Below, piece by piece: positions 39,588-49,590 of a DNA stretch of 64,000 nucleotides (its first letter is position 1; every line of letters starts with the position of its first letter). Source of the DNA: an uncultured Verrucomicrobiae bacterium (GTDB lineage: Bacteria; Verrucomicrobiota; Verrucomicrobiia; Chthoniobacterales; UBA10450); contig CAVWPA010000003.1 in NCBI GenBank assembly GCA_963756875.1, forward strand, positions 288,001-352,000, written 5' to 3'. The notes beneath the pieces were generated by a model. It was given only the letters and a program-made list of their open reading frames with translations, had not been told where the DNA came from and searched no databases. The position numbers were made by a program, and so were the translations under genes.

Positions 39588-41648
39588 TTAAATGAGGTGC
39601 AAAACTGTGATGATCATGTCGATGAACTTGATTCCAACGAAGGGAGCGATAACGCCGCCGACGCCATAGATGAGCAGGTTGCGACGCAAGATCGCCGCTG
39701 CACCGATTGGCCGGTAAGCGATACCGCGCAATGCGAGTGGAATCAGCGCAATAATGATTAGCGCGTTGAAGATTACCGCACTCAAAATGGCCGACTCCGG
39801 CGAATGCAGGTGCATGATGTCTAGCGCGGCGAGCGGACCTCGCTGTCCCGCCGTCGCCACGTAGGTCGCGGCGAACATCGCCGGCAGAATTGCGAAATAT
39901 TTTGCGACATCATTGGCCAGACTGAACGTGGTCAGTGCGCCGCGCGTCATGATGAGCTGCTTCCCAATCTCGACGATGTCGATCAACTTCGTTGGATTGC
40001 TGTCGAGATCGACCATGTTGCCGGCCTCGCGCGCCGCTTGCGTGCCTGTGTTCATTGCGACGCCCACGTCAGCCTGAGCAAGCGCCGGCGCGTCGTTTGT
40101 TCCGTCACCGGTCATGGCGATTAAACGACCCTCGGCTTGTTCAGCGCGAATCCGCTTGAGTTTGTCTTCCGGCGTCGCTTGCGCCATGAAATCGTCCACG
40201 CCAGATTCAGCGGCGATGGCAGCCGCCGTGAGCGGATTATCACCCGTAATCATGATGGTGCGAATGCCCATCTTGCGCAGATGCGCGAAGCGGTCCTTGA
40301 TCCCGCCTTTCACGATATCTTTTAGTTCAATCACGCCGAGCGTCATCATGTCGGATGCGACTACGAGCGGCGTCCCCCCACGTCGCGAGATTTCATCGAC
40401 AATTTTCGTAACCGCCTGCGGAAAGGCCCCGCCGCTGGATTCAACAAACGTGCGGATCGCTTCCGCCGCGCCTTTCCGAATGCGAATGGTTGGGGCCGCG
40501 CCGTTCTTGCGGAGGTCGATTCCGCTCATTCTTGTTTGCGCGGTGAACGGAATGAATGTCGCCTCCAGCTCGTGCATATCACGCGCGCGCAGTCCAAATT
40601 TTTCCTTCGCAAGCACAACAATGCTCCGGCCTTCAGGTGTTTCGTCGGCTAACGAACTGAGTTGCGCGGAAGCAGCCAGATCGGATTCGGCGGTTCCCGG
40701 CGCAATGTGAAACGCCACGGCCATGCGATTGCCAAGCGTGATTGTTCCTGTTTTGTCGAGAAGCAGGACGTCGACGTCGCCGGAGGCTTCGACAGCACGT
40801 CCGCTCATTGCCAGAACATTGCGCTGCAACACACGGTCCATCCCGGCGATACCGATGGCGCTCAGCAATCCGCCAATTGTGGTCGGAATTAAGCAGACGA
40901 GCAGCGCAACGAGAACCGGCACTGTAAAAACGGCCGAGGCATAGATGCCGAAAGGCTTCAATGTTACGCAAACAAGCAGAAAGATCAGTGTCAGCGCGGC
41001 GAGTAAAATCGTTAGCGCAATCTCGTTGGGCGTTTTCTGACGTTGGGCGCCTTCAACAAGCGCAATCATTCGCTCGAGAAAGCCCTGGCCTTTTTCCATC
41101 GTCACACGAATCACGATCCGGTCGCTCAAGACGCGCGTGCCGCCCGTGACGGCGCTGCGGTCGCCACCGCTTTCGCGGATGACTGGCGCCGATTCACCGG
41201 TGATGGCGGCTTCATCCACGCTGGCGATTCCTTCGATCACATCGCCGTCCGCCGGAATGATGTCGCCTGTTTCACAAACGACGACGTCGCCCTTCTGCAA
41301 CATCGGCGCGGGGATTTGTTGTTCACGTCCGTCCCTGAGAACGCGCGCCATCGTTTCTTTGCGCGAGCGGCGCAGAGCGGCAGCCTGCGCTTTGCCTCTT
41401 CCTTCAGCTACAGCCTCGGCAAAATTGGCAAACAACACGGTAAACCAGAGCCAAACCGCGAGATTCGCAACAAATCCGCGCTCGCCGGTTGACGTGAAAA
41501 TGCCGATCGTGGTCAAAATCGCCCCCACCATGGTGACAAACATCACCGGATTCCTAATCATCAACCGCGGATTCAATTTCTTGAATGCGTCGAAGACAGC
41601 GGGCCCAACGATTGTCCAATCGAAAAGCGAACGAGGCTTTTGGCTCAT
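39588..41648 (-). CDS. kdpB: K+-transporting ATPase subunit B
   Basis: [35 protein letters not shown] and NDVAKYFAI motifs. Confidence 0.98.
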   Translation of the reverse strand: MSQKPRSLFDWTIVGPAVFDAFKKLNPRLMIRNPVMFVTMVGAILTTIGIFTSTGERGFVANLAVWLWFTVLFANFAEAVAEGRGKAQAAALRRSRKETMARVLRDGREQQIPAPMLQKGDVVVCETGDIIPADGDVIEGIASVDEAAITGESAPVIRESGGDRSAVTGGTRVLSDRIVIRVTMEKGQGFLERMIALVEGAQRQKTPNEIALTILLAALTLIFLLVCVTLKPFGIYASAVFTVPVLVALLVCLIPTTIGGLLSAIGIAGMDRVLQRNVLAMSGRAVEASGDVDVLLLDKTGTITLGNRMAVAFHIAPGTAESDLAASAQLSSLADETPEGRSIVVLAKEKFGLRARDMHELEATFIPFTAQTRMSGIDLRKNGAAPTIRIRKGAAEAIRTFVESSGGAFPQAVTKIVDEISRRGGTPLVVASDMMTLGVIELKDIVKGGIKDRFAHLRKMGIRTIMITGDNPLTAAAIAAESGVDDFMAQATPEDKLKRIRAEQAEGRLIAMTGDGTNDAPALAQADVGVAMNTGTQAAREAGNMVDLDSNPTKLIDIVEIGKQLIMTRGALTTFSLANDVAKYFAILPAMFAATYVATAGQRGPLAALDIMHLHSPESAILSAVIFNALIIIALIPLALRGIAYRPIGAAAILRRNLLIYGVGGVIAPFVGIKFIDMIITVLHLI

Positions 41649-41657
41649 ATGTGCAGG

Positions 41658-41741
41658 TCAAAATTTTTCCGGTCGGATAATCGCCACGAGCAGGTAGACA
41701 AAAAGCAACAGCGAGATGATGCCGACGATGATTGTTTCCAT
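41658..41741 (-). CDS. kdpF: K+-transporting ATPase subunit F
   Basis: METIIVGIISLLLFVYLLVAIIRPEKF*, with the typical YL..A...PEKF ending. Confidence 0.9.
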   Translation of the reverse strand: METIIVGIISLLLFVYLLVAIIRPEKF

Positions 41742-41745
41742 ACGC

Positions 41746-41829
41746 TTAAAGCTTGTCGCAGAAGCGGACGTAAAGAGCGCTGATGAGAAAAAAGGCGACG
41801 ACAATTCCGGAGAAGATCAGGTCGCTCAT
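41746..41829 (-). CDS. Small hydrophobic peptide upstream of kdpF (27 aa)
   Basis: MSDLIFSGIVVAFFLISALYVRFCDKL*, ending 4 bp before kdpF. Confidence 0.7.
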   Translation of the reverse strand: MSDLIFSGIVVAFFLISALYVRFCDKL

Positions 41830-41863
41830 GACAACCGGAAGATGACGCCCTTGCGGGAAAGGC

Positions 41864-41905
41864 GTTAATTAAATTGGCGCCTCAGGCCATTAAGAAATCG
41901 TTAAA
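41864..41905 (-). promoter_or_regulatory. Putative KdpE-binding direct repeats
   Basis: Minus-strand TTTAAC and CTTAAT 11 bp apart, plus TTTAAT 21 bp further, upstream of the kdp operon. Confidence 0.45.
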
Positions 41906-41960
41906 GTCCCTTTGCAGAGATCGCTCTTTCCCTTGTGGGTGACGACGATTGGCGCGCCCG

Positions 41961-43709
41961 TTAGTCGTAAGGATAGGGAGGCGGCGGTGGCGGGAACATC
42001 AGCGGTCGTGGGATATACATTCTCCGGTACGGCGGCACGATGGCGTCTTCTTCACTACGCCGCGGCCTCACGATGATTGTTCGCCCCGAGGGCAGAAGCA
42101 AAATCAGCCTCCCATCGGGCGTGGTGCCGACGAAGCGAGTGCGAACCCGGCCGTAGTGACGCGGCCGCCGCTCCCATGCCGATTCGTTGTGCAAAGATCG
42201 AGCACTGGTCGCATGTCTCGCAGTCGATCGACGCGACGATGTTGAAGCGGTTCTCTTTTGTTTGCTGTATGAACCGGGATGATTTTCGGTACCGTTCCGC
42301 GAGTCGGCGGCATTCGTTTGCGTCGATGGGCCGCTTTCCTCCGCTCCAGCGCTCTCGGTCACAGCCGCCGTATTAGCGGGACCTTCCGACGGTGCCGCGG
42401 GTCCAGAGGCGTTTGCAGCCGAGGCAATTTTCGCCGAAGGGCTCGCCACCGGGCTCGGCTCGTTAACAGGACTTAAAGCCGGCGTGGATTGCGCGGTTGC
42501 CGTTTGCGTCTGCTGAACGTTCGACGCCGGAGTCTGTGGCTGCGCCGGCGCAGGACTTGTTACCGGCTGTTTTACAATAACGGGCGCGCCGATGGCCTTC
42601 CCGCCTGGCGAGGCCGGCGAGGCTGGCGAGGCGTCAGGCACACCCACTTCAACGCCAATTTTTTCAGTCCGATGCCAAATCGGGATCAGGTTTGGGAGGA
42701 AATATGCGCCCAGTGCAGTAGCGGCCAGCGCAAGCGCTGCGACCACAGCGGTTCCGCGTAATACCTGAGTGAACGCTGACCTTGGTTCCTTGATTTCTCT
42801 CGGTTTTCTAGGAATTACTGTTGCAAGAGGAATTCCCATTCTGCGTCCGATAGCCTGACGTTTCTCGATCTTGGTCAGGCAACTCCGGAGTTCACCTTCG
42901 AATGCGACCGGATCCTGCGGACGCTGCTCGGGATTCTCGCGCAGCATCCGTGCAAGGAGATTTCGAACGGCGCTCGGGGCCCAGTACAACTCGGGTAAAC
43001 GGCGCGTTCCCCAGCGCACTTTTCCTTCGCCGCCGGCAAGCGGTACTATGCCAACAAGGAGAAAGCAAAGCGTGGCGCCCAGGGAATAGATCTCCGATCG
43101 AAAATCGATTTCACCATTGAGTCGTTGTTCCGGGCTGGCGAACTGCGGTGCCGTTGACGGGGCCAGTTCGCGGGCTTCGCCACTGGCCGCATGGAACTGG
43201 AGCCCGGCCAGACCGAAATTCATAAGTTTTACAAAGGGCCAGCCGCCATCCGGCGATTGGCCAGGCACGATCATCAGATTCGAGGGCTGAACGGCGCGAT
43301 GCGTTAAATTGAAGAACGCCGCCGCGGCCATTGCCCTGACTACTTGCAGCCCAATGCGCAAGACCGCGTCCACCGGCATCAGGCCATGTGCCGCGATCCA
43401 TGAATCGGCCGTTTCGCCTTCCAGGTATTCCGAAACCAAACAAAAATATTCGTCTTCAACACCGACTTCGAAGATTCTGGCAATGTTAACGTGATCCAGT
43501 TTCTGCGCCGTGCGCGCACGTTCTTCGAACTGCTCGCGTCCGGCTTGATCAACAGTCGCCAGCGGGATCAGTTGCACCAGCACCGGTTCATTCGAGCGCG
43601 TGTCGACGGCTTTGTAATTAACGGCGGCGCCGATCCGGCTCACTTCATGGGGGGAACCGTTTTCGTTCGTGCAGATTCGGTAATGGTCGAAAAAGGTCGT
43701 CTGTTTCAT
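41961..43709 (-). CDS. Membrane-anchored Ser/Thr kinase-fold protein (pseudokinase)
   Basis: Hanks-type fold (HVNIA, EYLEG, FASPEQ, IYSLG) but HRA, NFG and VLVQ replace the catalytic motifs; TM helix and Pro/Ala/Ser-rich tail. Confidence 0.82.
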   Translation of the reverse strand: MKQTTFFDHYRICTNENGSPHEVSRIGAAVNYKAVDTRSNEPVLVQLIPLATVDQAGREQFEERARTAQKLDHVNIARIFEVGVEDEYFCLVSEYLEGETADSWIAAHGLMPVDAVLRIGLQVVRAMAAAAFFNLTHRAVQPSNLMIVPGQSPDGGWPFVKLMNFGLAGLQFHAASGEARELAPSTAPQFASPEQRLNGEIDFRSEIYSLGATLCFLLVGIVPLAGGEGKVRWGTRRLPELYWAPSAVRNLLARMLRENPEQRPQDPVAFEGELRSCLTKIEKRQAIGRRMGIPLATVIPRKPREIKEPRSAFTQVLRGTAVVAALALAATALGAYFLPNLIPIWHRTEKIGVEVGVPDASPASPASPGGKAIGAPVIVKQPVTSPAPAQPQTPASNVQQTQTATAQSTPALSPVNEPSPVASPSAKIASAANASGPAAPSEGPANTAAVTESAGAEESGPSTQTNAADSRNGTENHPGSYSKQKRTASTSSRRSTARHATSARSLHNESAWERRPRHYGRVRTRFVGTTPDGRLILLLPSGRTIIVRPRRSEEDAIVPPYRRMYIPRPLMFPPPPPPYPYD

Positions 43710-43914
43710 AAGTCCCCCGGATCCATAGGATAAAGCCTCCACAGAGGCGAAATCGGATAAGAAGCGTCCCTGAATTTGATAGTGTAGTGGTTCAAAACAT
43801 TCACTCGAATCGGCTGACGTGGACTTCCCCTATTATGGTAACAATCGCCAGCGCCGCGGGTTGCGCGCGATCTTTGACTCCCAAAAATTACGTGGCCCGA
43901 TTCCGGATGGAGTC

Positions 43915-44709
43915 TTAGCAGGCCTTCGGCGACAACGGGCGTTCGCCGAGCCAGGGGAAATGCCTTCGAACGCGTGTCACGAGCTTGAGCCCGAAAGGCT
44001 TAATGGCTTTGTTGCGAATATGCGCCACTGCGTCTTCGACGGAGTCTGTGGCGTAGATCACGCTTAAATCGGAAGCGCTTATCATCCCGAGCCTGGCCAT
44101 TTTGTCGATGACGGCGATCAATTCACGCCAGTAATCGGTGCCCATGATCACGATCGGAAAATCCTTGATCTTGCCGGTTTGAATGAGGGTGAGCGCTTCA
44201 AACATTTCATCGAGCGTGCCGAAGCCGCCCGGCATGAAGACGAAGGCATAGGAATATTTTATGAGCAGCGTTTTGCGGACGAAGAAATAGTGGAGGCTGA
44301 CGCAACGATCGAGATAATCGTTTGGCCGTTGTTCGCGCGGCAGCTCAATGTTGCAACCGACAGAGCGGCCGCCAATTTCCTTCGCGCCGCGGTTGGCCGC
44401 TTCCATGATTCCGGGGCCGCCGCCGGTCATGACGGTGAAACCAAGACTGGCGATGCCGGCGCCGATTTTTCGCGCCAGTTCGTAATCTGGACTGTCGCTA
44501 TTGACGCGGGCCGACCCGAAGACAGTGACGCACGGACCGACAAAATGAAGGACGCGGAATCCGCGCAGGAAATCGGCTATCACGCGCAAAAGAGTGATAA
44601 ATTCCCCGAGCCGCGACCGGGGTCCTTCCAGAAGAATCTCGTCAGCCCGCCTCGGCGGCGCAGTCAGCGCAGACTTTTCGTTATCTGCTGTTTTCTTAGT
44701 ATGAGCCAC
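43915..44709 (-). CDS. LOG family (TIGR00730) nucleotide monophosphate nucleosidase
   Basis: VFGSAR, TGGGPGIMEAAN, YFFVRK and PGGFGTLDE motifs. Confidence 0.93.
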   Translation of the reverse strand: MAHTKKTADNEKSALTAPPRRADEILLEGPRSRLGEFITLLRVIADFLRGFRVLHFVGPCVTVFGSARVNSDSPDYELARKIGAGIASLGFTVMTGGGPGIMEAANRGAKEIGGRSVGCNIELPREQRPNDYLDRCVSLHYFFVRKTLLIKYSYAFVFMPGGFGTLDEMFEALTLIQTGKIKDFPIVIMGTDYWRELIAVIDKMARLGMISASDLSVIYATDSVEDAVAHIRNKAIKPFGLKLVTRVRRHFPWLGERPLSPKAC

Positions 44710-44724
44710 TTATCGAAACAAGAT

Positions 44725-44828
44725 CGATCATGATCAGGAGCAGGAGCATGATCAAGATGAAGAGTATTCAGCATCTCTAGATGCTTGGAGCTTGGAACTT
44801 CCCTGGTGCTTGGAGGTTGGGCTCGGTG
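44725..44828. repeat. Low-complexity hexamer and heptamer repeats
   Basis: GATCAT GATCAG GAGCAG GAGCAT GATCAA GATGAA run, then TTGGAGC TTGGAAC..TTGGAGG TTGG. Confidence 0.55.
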
Positions 44829-44830
44829 CT

Positions 44831-45304
44831 TTACTCGGCATCGTCCGTTTCGGTCGAAATCGTCGATTCGCCGCTGTTTTGCTGCAACGCCTGCTCGACT
44901 GCGCGCCAGGCCAGCATGGCGCATTTGACGCGTTGCGGGAATTTGCGAACACCCTTCATCACGCGCAGATCCCCCAGCGTTTTCGGCGCGTCGCTGGTTT
45001 TCTCCGTCACCAGATCGTGAAACGCGCGCAGGATCGACATCGTTTCCTCGCGACTCTTGCCTTTGAGTTTCGTCGTCATCAGTGACGCCGATGCCTGGCT
45101 GATCGCGCAACCATGGCCGCTGAACTTGATATCCTGCAAGCTGCCGTCGGGTCCGAATTTTACGTCGAGATGAATTTCATCGCCACAGGCCGGATTATCG
45201 CCATGCACCCGCACGGCCGCGTCGGCCAGCTCGCCAAAGTTTCGGGGACGCCGCGAGTGATCGAGAATCACTTCCTGGTAAAGCTCTTCAAGTTCCGAAG
45301 TCAT
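44831..45304 (-). CDS. sufU: SUF system sulfur-transfer/scaffold protein SufU
   Basis: LYQEVILDH, NPACGD, GCAISQAS and RVKCA motifs. Confidence 0.93.
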   Translation of the reverse strand: MTSELEELYQEVILDHSRRPRNFGELADAAVRVHGDNPACGDEIHLDVKFGPDGSLQDIKFSGHGCAISQASASLMTTKLKGKSREETMSILRAFHDLVTEKTSDAPKTLGDLRVMKGVRKFPQRVKCAMLAWRAVEQALQQNSGESTISTETDDAE

Positions 45305-46539
45305 GAAAAGAACCGGACGGCATCACGCAGGATTTCGATCATGCGATCGATTTCTTCCAGCGTGTTGTAAAAATAGAAGCTGGCCCGAGTGGTTCCCGCC
45401 AGACCGAATCGCCGCATCAACGGTTGATTGCAATGATGGCCGCCGCGCATGGCCAGCCCGTACTGATCGGCAAACGTTGTCAGATCGTGCGGGTGCGCGG
45501 TCTCCATGACGAAGCCAATGATGGCCCCGCGTGCACCGGACGGTCCGAGGACACGCGTTCCCTGCAATTCCGCGAAGCGTTTCAGCGCGTGGCAGGTCAG
45601 TTGCGAGTCATGTTCGAAAATTGCCGCGCGTCCAATCTGCTCGATGTAATCGATCGCCGCGGCGAGCCCGATCGCCCCGGCGATGTTCGGAGTGCCGGCT
45701 TCGAAACGGTGCGGTGGTTTTTTAAAGGTGCTTTTCTCCAGAGTGACGCTGACGATCATTTCGCCGCCTCCGTGCCACGGCGGCATCGCGCCGAGAACTT
45801 CTGCGCGGCCATAGAGCGCGCCAATTCCGGTCGGCGCGCACATTTTGTGACCGGAAAACGCAAGAAAATCGCAGCCTATTTCCTGGACATTGAGCGGCAA
45901 ATGCCCCGCGCTCTGCGCCGCGTCCACCAGGCTGAGCGCGCCGACCGCGCGCGCCTTTTCGCAAAGCTCGCGCACGGGATTAATGGTGCCGAGCGAGTTT
46001 GAAACGTGGGTGAAGGCGAAAAGCTTCACTTCGGGCGTAAGCAATTTCGGGAGCTGATCGAGCGCGAGCGTGCCATCGTCGCGAACTGGGACAAAGCGCA
46101 GCTGCGCGCCGGTGCGTTCGGCCAGCAATTGCCACGGAACCAGATTGCTGTGGTGCTCCATTCCGGTGAGGAGAACCACGTCGCCTTCGCGAAGAAATTT
46201 TCCGCCCCACGCCTGCGCAACCAGGTTGATGCTTTCGGTGGTCCCGCGCGTGAAAACGATTTCATCCGCGCTCGCCGCGCCGAGATAATCCGCCACGCGC
46301 TGCCGTGATTTTTCATAGGCCTCCGTCGCGCGCGAGCTTAACTCATGCAGACCGCGATGCACGTTGGCGTTATCGTGCTCGTAATAATGCCGCAGCGCGT
46401 CGATCACCGCCCGAGGCTTCTGGGTGGTCGCGGCGTTATCGAAATATATCAGGGGATGGCCATGCGCCCGTTCGCGAAGGATCGGGAAATCTTCGCGGAC
46501 GGCTTTCCAATTTGTGTTGAGACTTGCGGCCCGATGCAC
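45301..46539 (-). CDS. sufS: Cysteine desulfurase, SufS class
   Basis: DNAATTQKP, EHHSN, FSGHK, FEAGTP and RGGHHC motifs. Confidence 0.95.
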   Translation of the reverse strand: MHRAASLNTNWKAVREDFPILRERAHGHPLIYFDNAATTQKPRAVIDALRHYYEHDNANVHRGLHELSSRATEAYEKSRQRVADYLGAASADEIVFTRGTTESINLVAQAWGGKFLREGDVVLLTGMEHHSNLVPWQLLAERTGAQLRFVPVRDDGTLALDQLPKLLTPEVKLFAFTHVSNSLGTINPVRELCEKARAVGALSLVDAAQSAGHLPLNVQEIGCDFLAFSGHKMCAPTGIGALYGRAEVLGAMPPWHGGGEMIVSVTLEKSTFKKPPHRFEAGTPNIAGAIGLAAAIDYIEQIGRAAIFEHDSQLTCHALKRFAELQGTRVLGPSGARGAIIGFVMETAHPHDLTTFADQYGLAMRGGHHCNQPLMRRFGLAGTTRASFYFYNTLEEIDRMIEILRDAVRFFS

Positions 46540-46606
46540 AATCTAATTTCCTCTACATACCGCGATCCGCCACTCTAGATTAGAACGACTTTGATAGATG
46601 CCTTGG

Positions 46607-46669
46607 TTGTAGTCGCCTCGCTCGGTCGAGGCTTCGTTAGGACACGGCGACAGAGCGCCGTGGCTACAA
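46607..46669. repeat. REP-like doublet
   Basis: TTGTAGTCGCCTCGCTCGGTCGAGGC...CACGGCGACAGAGCGCCGTGGCTACAA. Confidence 0.75.
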
Positions 46670-46717
46670 GTTTTTGGCATCCTGGCTGACCGGTCACCTG
46701 TAGCGTTTACTCAACCA

Positions 46718-47896
46718 ATGAAAGAGCGGGGCTTGAAACCACCCGTCGACTTTTTCGGCGAACCTTTTCGCATATTCTTTCCGGCGGGAATTCTTCTAGG
46801 CATCGCCGGCGTCTCGCTTTGGCTTTTCTATTATGGCGGCCTTGTCACCACTTATCCCGCGACTGCCCACGCCCGCCTGATGATCGAGGGTTTTATGGCC
46901 TCGTTTATCATCGGTTTCCTTGGAACAGCCGGACCGCGCATTACATCGACATCTCCTTTTTCGCGCGGTGAAGTGCTTCTACTTTTGACGCTGGATCTGC
47001 TGGCAGCCGGCTTGCACTTTGGGAATTCACACCGCGCGGGCGATCTGCTATTCGCTCTCTGTCTCGCGGTTTTTCTTCTCTTTATCGGCAGGCGATTCTT
47101 CCGCCGCAAAGACTCGCCGCCGCCAAATTTTGCGCTGGTTGCCCTTGGCCTTTTGAATGGAATCGCCGGCGCGATTTTAGTCGGGCTATTCGAAGATAAG
47201 GTTTACGCCGTCGGGTATCGCGTTGGCGCGCTGTGTCTGGAACAGGGCTTCGTTCTTTTTCCGATTCTCGGTGTCGCGCCATTCTTGCTTCCACGTCTTC
47301 TCGGCAAGCCAGCGGCCGATCCGGCGGCTGCCGGCCCGGAATCACCAAAACTGCCGCCCGGCTGGCTCAAGCGGGCTGCGTTTGCAGCCGGAATTGGTTT
47401 GATCATTGATGGAACGTTTGTTGCAGAAGCGTTTGGGACAACTGAGGCGGCCGGATGGGTGCGATTCGGCGCGATCCTGATTTATCTCATTGCGAAAATG
47501 TCGCACAGCGGCCGCAGTTTTTTGGGCTCTTGTCTGCGTGCCGGGATTTGGGCTGTGCCGGCCGGTATCGGCGTCGAGTTGATGTGGCCGCAATACAGAA
47601 TTGGCGCGTTGCACATTCTATTCATCAGCGGATTCAGTTTCATTGTGCTGACCGTCGCCATCCGCGTTGTTTTCGGACACAGCGGCCGCGACGATCTGCT
47701 GCAAAAGCGGCTGCCATTTTTCATCGTCGCGGCGGCGCTGATTTTCCTCGCCATGCTGTCGCGCTATATTGCAGAGGTCGCACCCAGGGCGCGCACAATT
47801 CATCTGGTTGCAGCAGCAGCCTGCTGGATCATCGCGGCGATCATCTGGGTTATTCGGGTGATTCCGAAAGTGACGATTGCCGAACCGGAGGAATAG
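46718..47896 (+). CDS. nnrS: NnrS family membrane protein
   Basis: EPFRIFF, HARLMIEGF..GFLGTA.P, LHILF and RVVFGHSGR motifs. Confidence 0.88.
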   Translation: MKERGLKPPVDFFGEPFRIFFPAGILLGIAGVSLWLFYYGGLVTTYPATAHARLMIEGFMASFIIGFLGTAGPRITSTSPFSRGEVLLLLTLDLLAAGLHFGNSHRAGDLLFALCLAVFLLFIGRRFFRRKDSPPPNFALVALGLLNGIAGAILVGLFEDKVYAVGYRVGALCLEQGFVLFPILGVAPFLLPRLLGKPAADPAAAGPESPKLPPGWLKRAAFAAGIGLIIDGTFVAEAFGTTEAAGWVRFGAILIYLIAKMSHSGRSFLGSCLRAGIWAVPAGIGVELMWPQYRIGALHILFISGFSFIVLTVAIRVVFGHSGRDDLLQKRLPFFIVAAALIFLAMLSRYIAEVAPRARTIHLVAAAACWIIAAIIWVIRVIPKVTIAEPEE

Positions 47897-47922
47897 CGCC
47901 ACACATTGGCGGATCGCCGGGA

Positions 47923-48408
47923 TCAGTCGGCCGATTTGCTCAGCGGCGTGAAGCTGAACACGATGATTTCTGCGTGGCGCGGCTGCCAATGATGCACGTC
48001 CACTTTGAAACGTCCGATCTTTTTACCGCGTATTTCATGGTTACGATTGAGCGAATCAAAAAGCTCCTTCTTCTCGCTTGCGGTGAAGAACGGACTGTCG
48101 ATGAATTCGGTTACCCAATTCATCTCGTGCGCATCCGTCAGATAGAAAGTGACCTGGATATCCTGATCGGAATTTTCGGCGATGATCAGGCAGTAATCAT
48201 AAATGTTGGCGTTGTTCCATTTGCCCTCGAAAAAGACCGTGCAACGCTTTTGCACTTCGGTCGCTCGAAGATGGGTCGATCTGAAGAATGAAATCACGTT
48301 TGCATAGGTGAGCGGCTCTTCACCGTTAATCCCTGGCTTCGGTTTGGCCGCGACTGTATTGGCGGCGATGATGATGGCCGCGAGACCGATTCTGATTCCG
48401 TATTTCAT
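47923..48408 (-). CDS. Secreted hypothetical protein
   Basis: Signal peptide and protein-like composition; directly follows the USP gene. Confidence 0.65.
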   Translation of the reverse strand: MKYGIRIGLAAIIIAANTVAAKPKPGINGEEPLTYANVISFFRSTHLRATEVQKRCTVFFEGKWNNANIYDYCLIIAENSDQDIQVTFYLTDAHEMNWVTEFIDSPFFTASEKKELFDSLNRNHEIRGKKIGRFKVDVHHWQPRHAEIIVFSFTPLSKSAD

Positions 48409-48422
48409 AGTTGCGTTGCAGT

Positions 48423-49436
48423 TTAGGCAAAGGTCGGCCGTTCGCGGGAAGGCACGACGAGGACGGAACAGTGCGCATGCCGAACGACGTACTCGGCCGT
48501 GCTCCCGATGAGCACATGTTTAAAGCCGGTCTTTCCATGCGTGGAGGTAACGATCAGGTTTACTCCCAAATCCTGCGCGCGCGCGCAGATTTTTTGTCCG
48601 GGATGGCCAACCTCAAGCGCCGTTTCGATCGTAAGCCCGTTCCAATTGGTGCTGCGAACAAGGTCGCGCATCTGCTCGCCGGCCACTTTCTCCGCCTGAT
48701 TCATCAGGGCCGGAAAATCGTATCGCGCGTATTCATCGCTCGCCACGTAGTATTGAAGGTGAACGGAATGAATCAGGACTAGTTTCGATTTCAGCCGCCT
48801 GGCCAGATTCATCGCAAAAGCAAGTCCATGGGCCGAACATCGAGAGAAATCAATCGGCACCAGGATTTTCGCGAAGCCGAGCCGGGCCTGCGCAAGCTTC
48901 TTATCACGCGATTTTCGAGTTTGCGGCCGCGCCACCAGGACCGGACAGGGCGAATAACGCACGATCCGTTCGGCCGTGCTGCCGAGAAGGGCATGCTTGA
49001 ATCCGGTAGCTCCGCGCGTGGAGGTAATGATCAGATCGATTTTAAGCTTGCGTGCCAATTGGCAGATTTGCTCGAACGGCCGGCCTTTTAGCGCGTGAAT
49101 ATTTTTTCCGCGCAGCGTCACGGAGTATTTTTTGGCGACATCTTTCAAATGGCTCCGGACGTGCCGCCCGATTTCCGGTTCCGGGACGACGAGCGGCAGA
49201 CCCGCCAGACTAGCCAGCGGATAATCGGGCGGCACGACATGAACGAGGTGAAGCTCTGCGCCGAAAAACCTCAACAGCGGCAACGCAAACGCGATTGTAT
49301 CCAACGAAGGCCGTGAGAAGTCTATCGGGACAAGGACCCTGCGGATCTGCAGGGACTTTCGCGCCTTAGTGTTGGTCCTGGGCCGTTTCAACGCACGCCG
49401 CGGGGCCGGTTTTCTCTTAATGGTGCGCGACCTCAT
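48423..49436 (-). CDS. Tandem universal stress protein
   Basis: Two USP domains: LVPIDFS..GSTAE.IVR.SPCPVLV and LVPIDFS..GSTAEYVVR..CSVLV. Confidence 0.93.
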   Translation of the reverse strand: MRSRTIKRKPAPRRALKRPRTNTKARKSLQIRRVLVPIDFSRPSLDTIAFALPLLRFFGAELHLVHVVPPDYPLASLAGLPLVVPEPEIGRHVRSHLKDVAKKYSVTLRGKNIHALKGRPFEQICQLARKLKIDLIITSTRGATGFKHALLGSTAERIVRYSPCPVLVARPQTRKSRDKKLAQARLGFAKILVPIDFSRCSAHGLAFAMNLARRLKSKLVLIHSVHLQYYVASDEYARYDFPALMNQAEKVAGEQMRDLVRSTNWNGLTIETALEVGHPGQKICARAQDLGVNLIVTSTHGKTGFKHVLIGSTAEYVVRHAHCSVLVVPSRERPTFA

Positions 49437-49531
49437 TATTTATATCGTGTTTAATATCCTCTTTAAAACTGATAGTCCCGGCAAATCTTGGGTTGGGAAA
49501 AACCGGCTCTTTTTTGCGCTGAACTTCGAAC

Positions 49532-49588
49532 GCAAGGCGTGTCGCCTGCGAAGCTTTAATGACTGCAGCCGGCGCGGCTGCCTCTACA
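49532..49588. repeat. REP-like doublet
   Basis: GCAAGGCGTGTCGCCTGC...GCAGCCGGCGCGGCTGCCTCTACA. Confidence 0.6.
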
Positions 49589-49590
49589 GC

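Noticed and set aside
44725..44828. Possible CRISPR-like repeats
   Set aside because: Only 6-7-bp degenerate units, with no constant repeat plus unique spacers and no cas genes
46590..46681. FNR/NnrR or NsrR box upstream of nnrS
   Set aside because: Only half-sites are present (TTGAT; GATGCC...GGCATC flanking the REP), not a properly spaced palindrome
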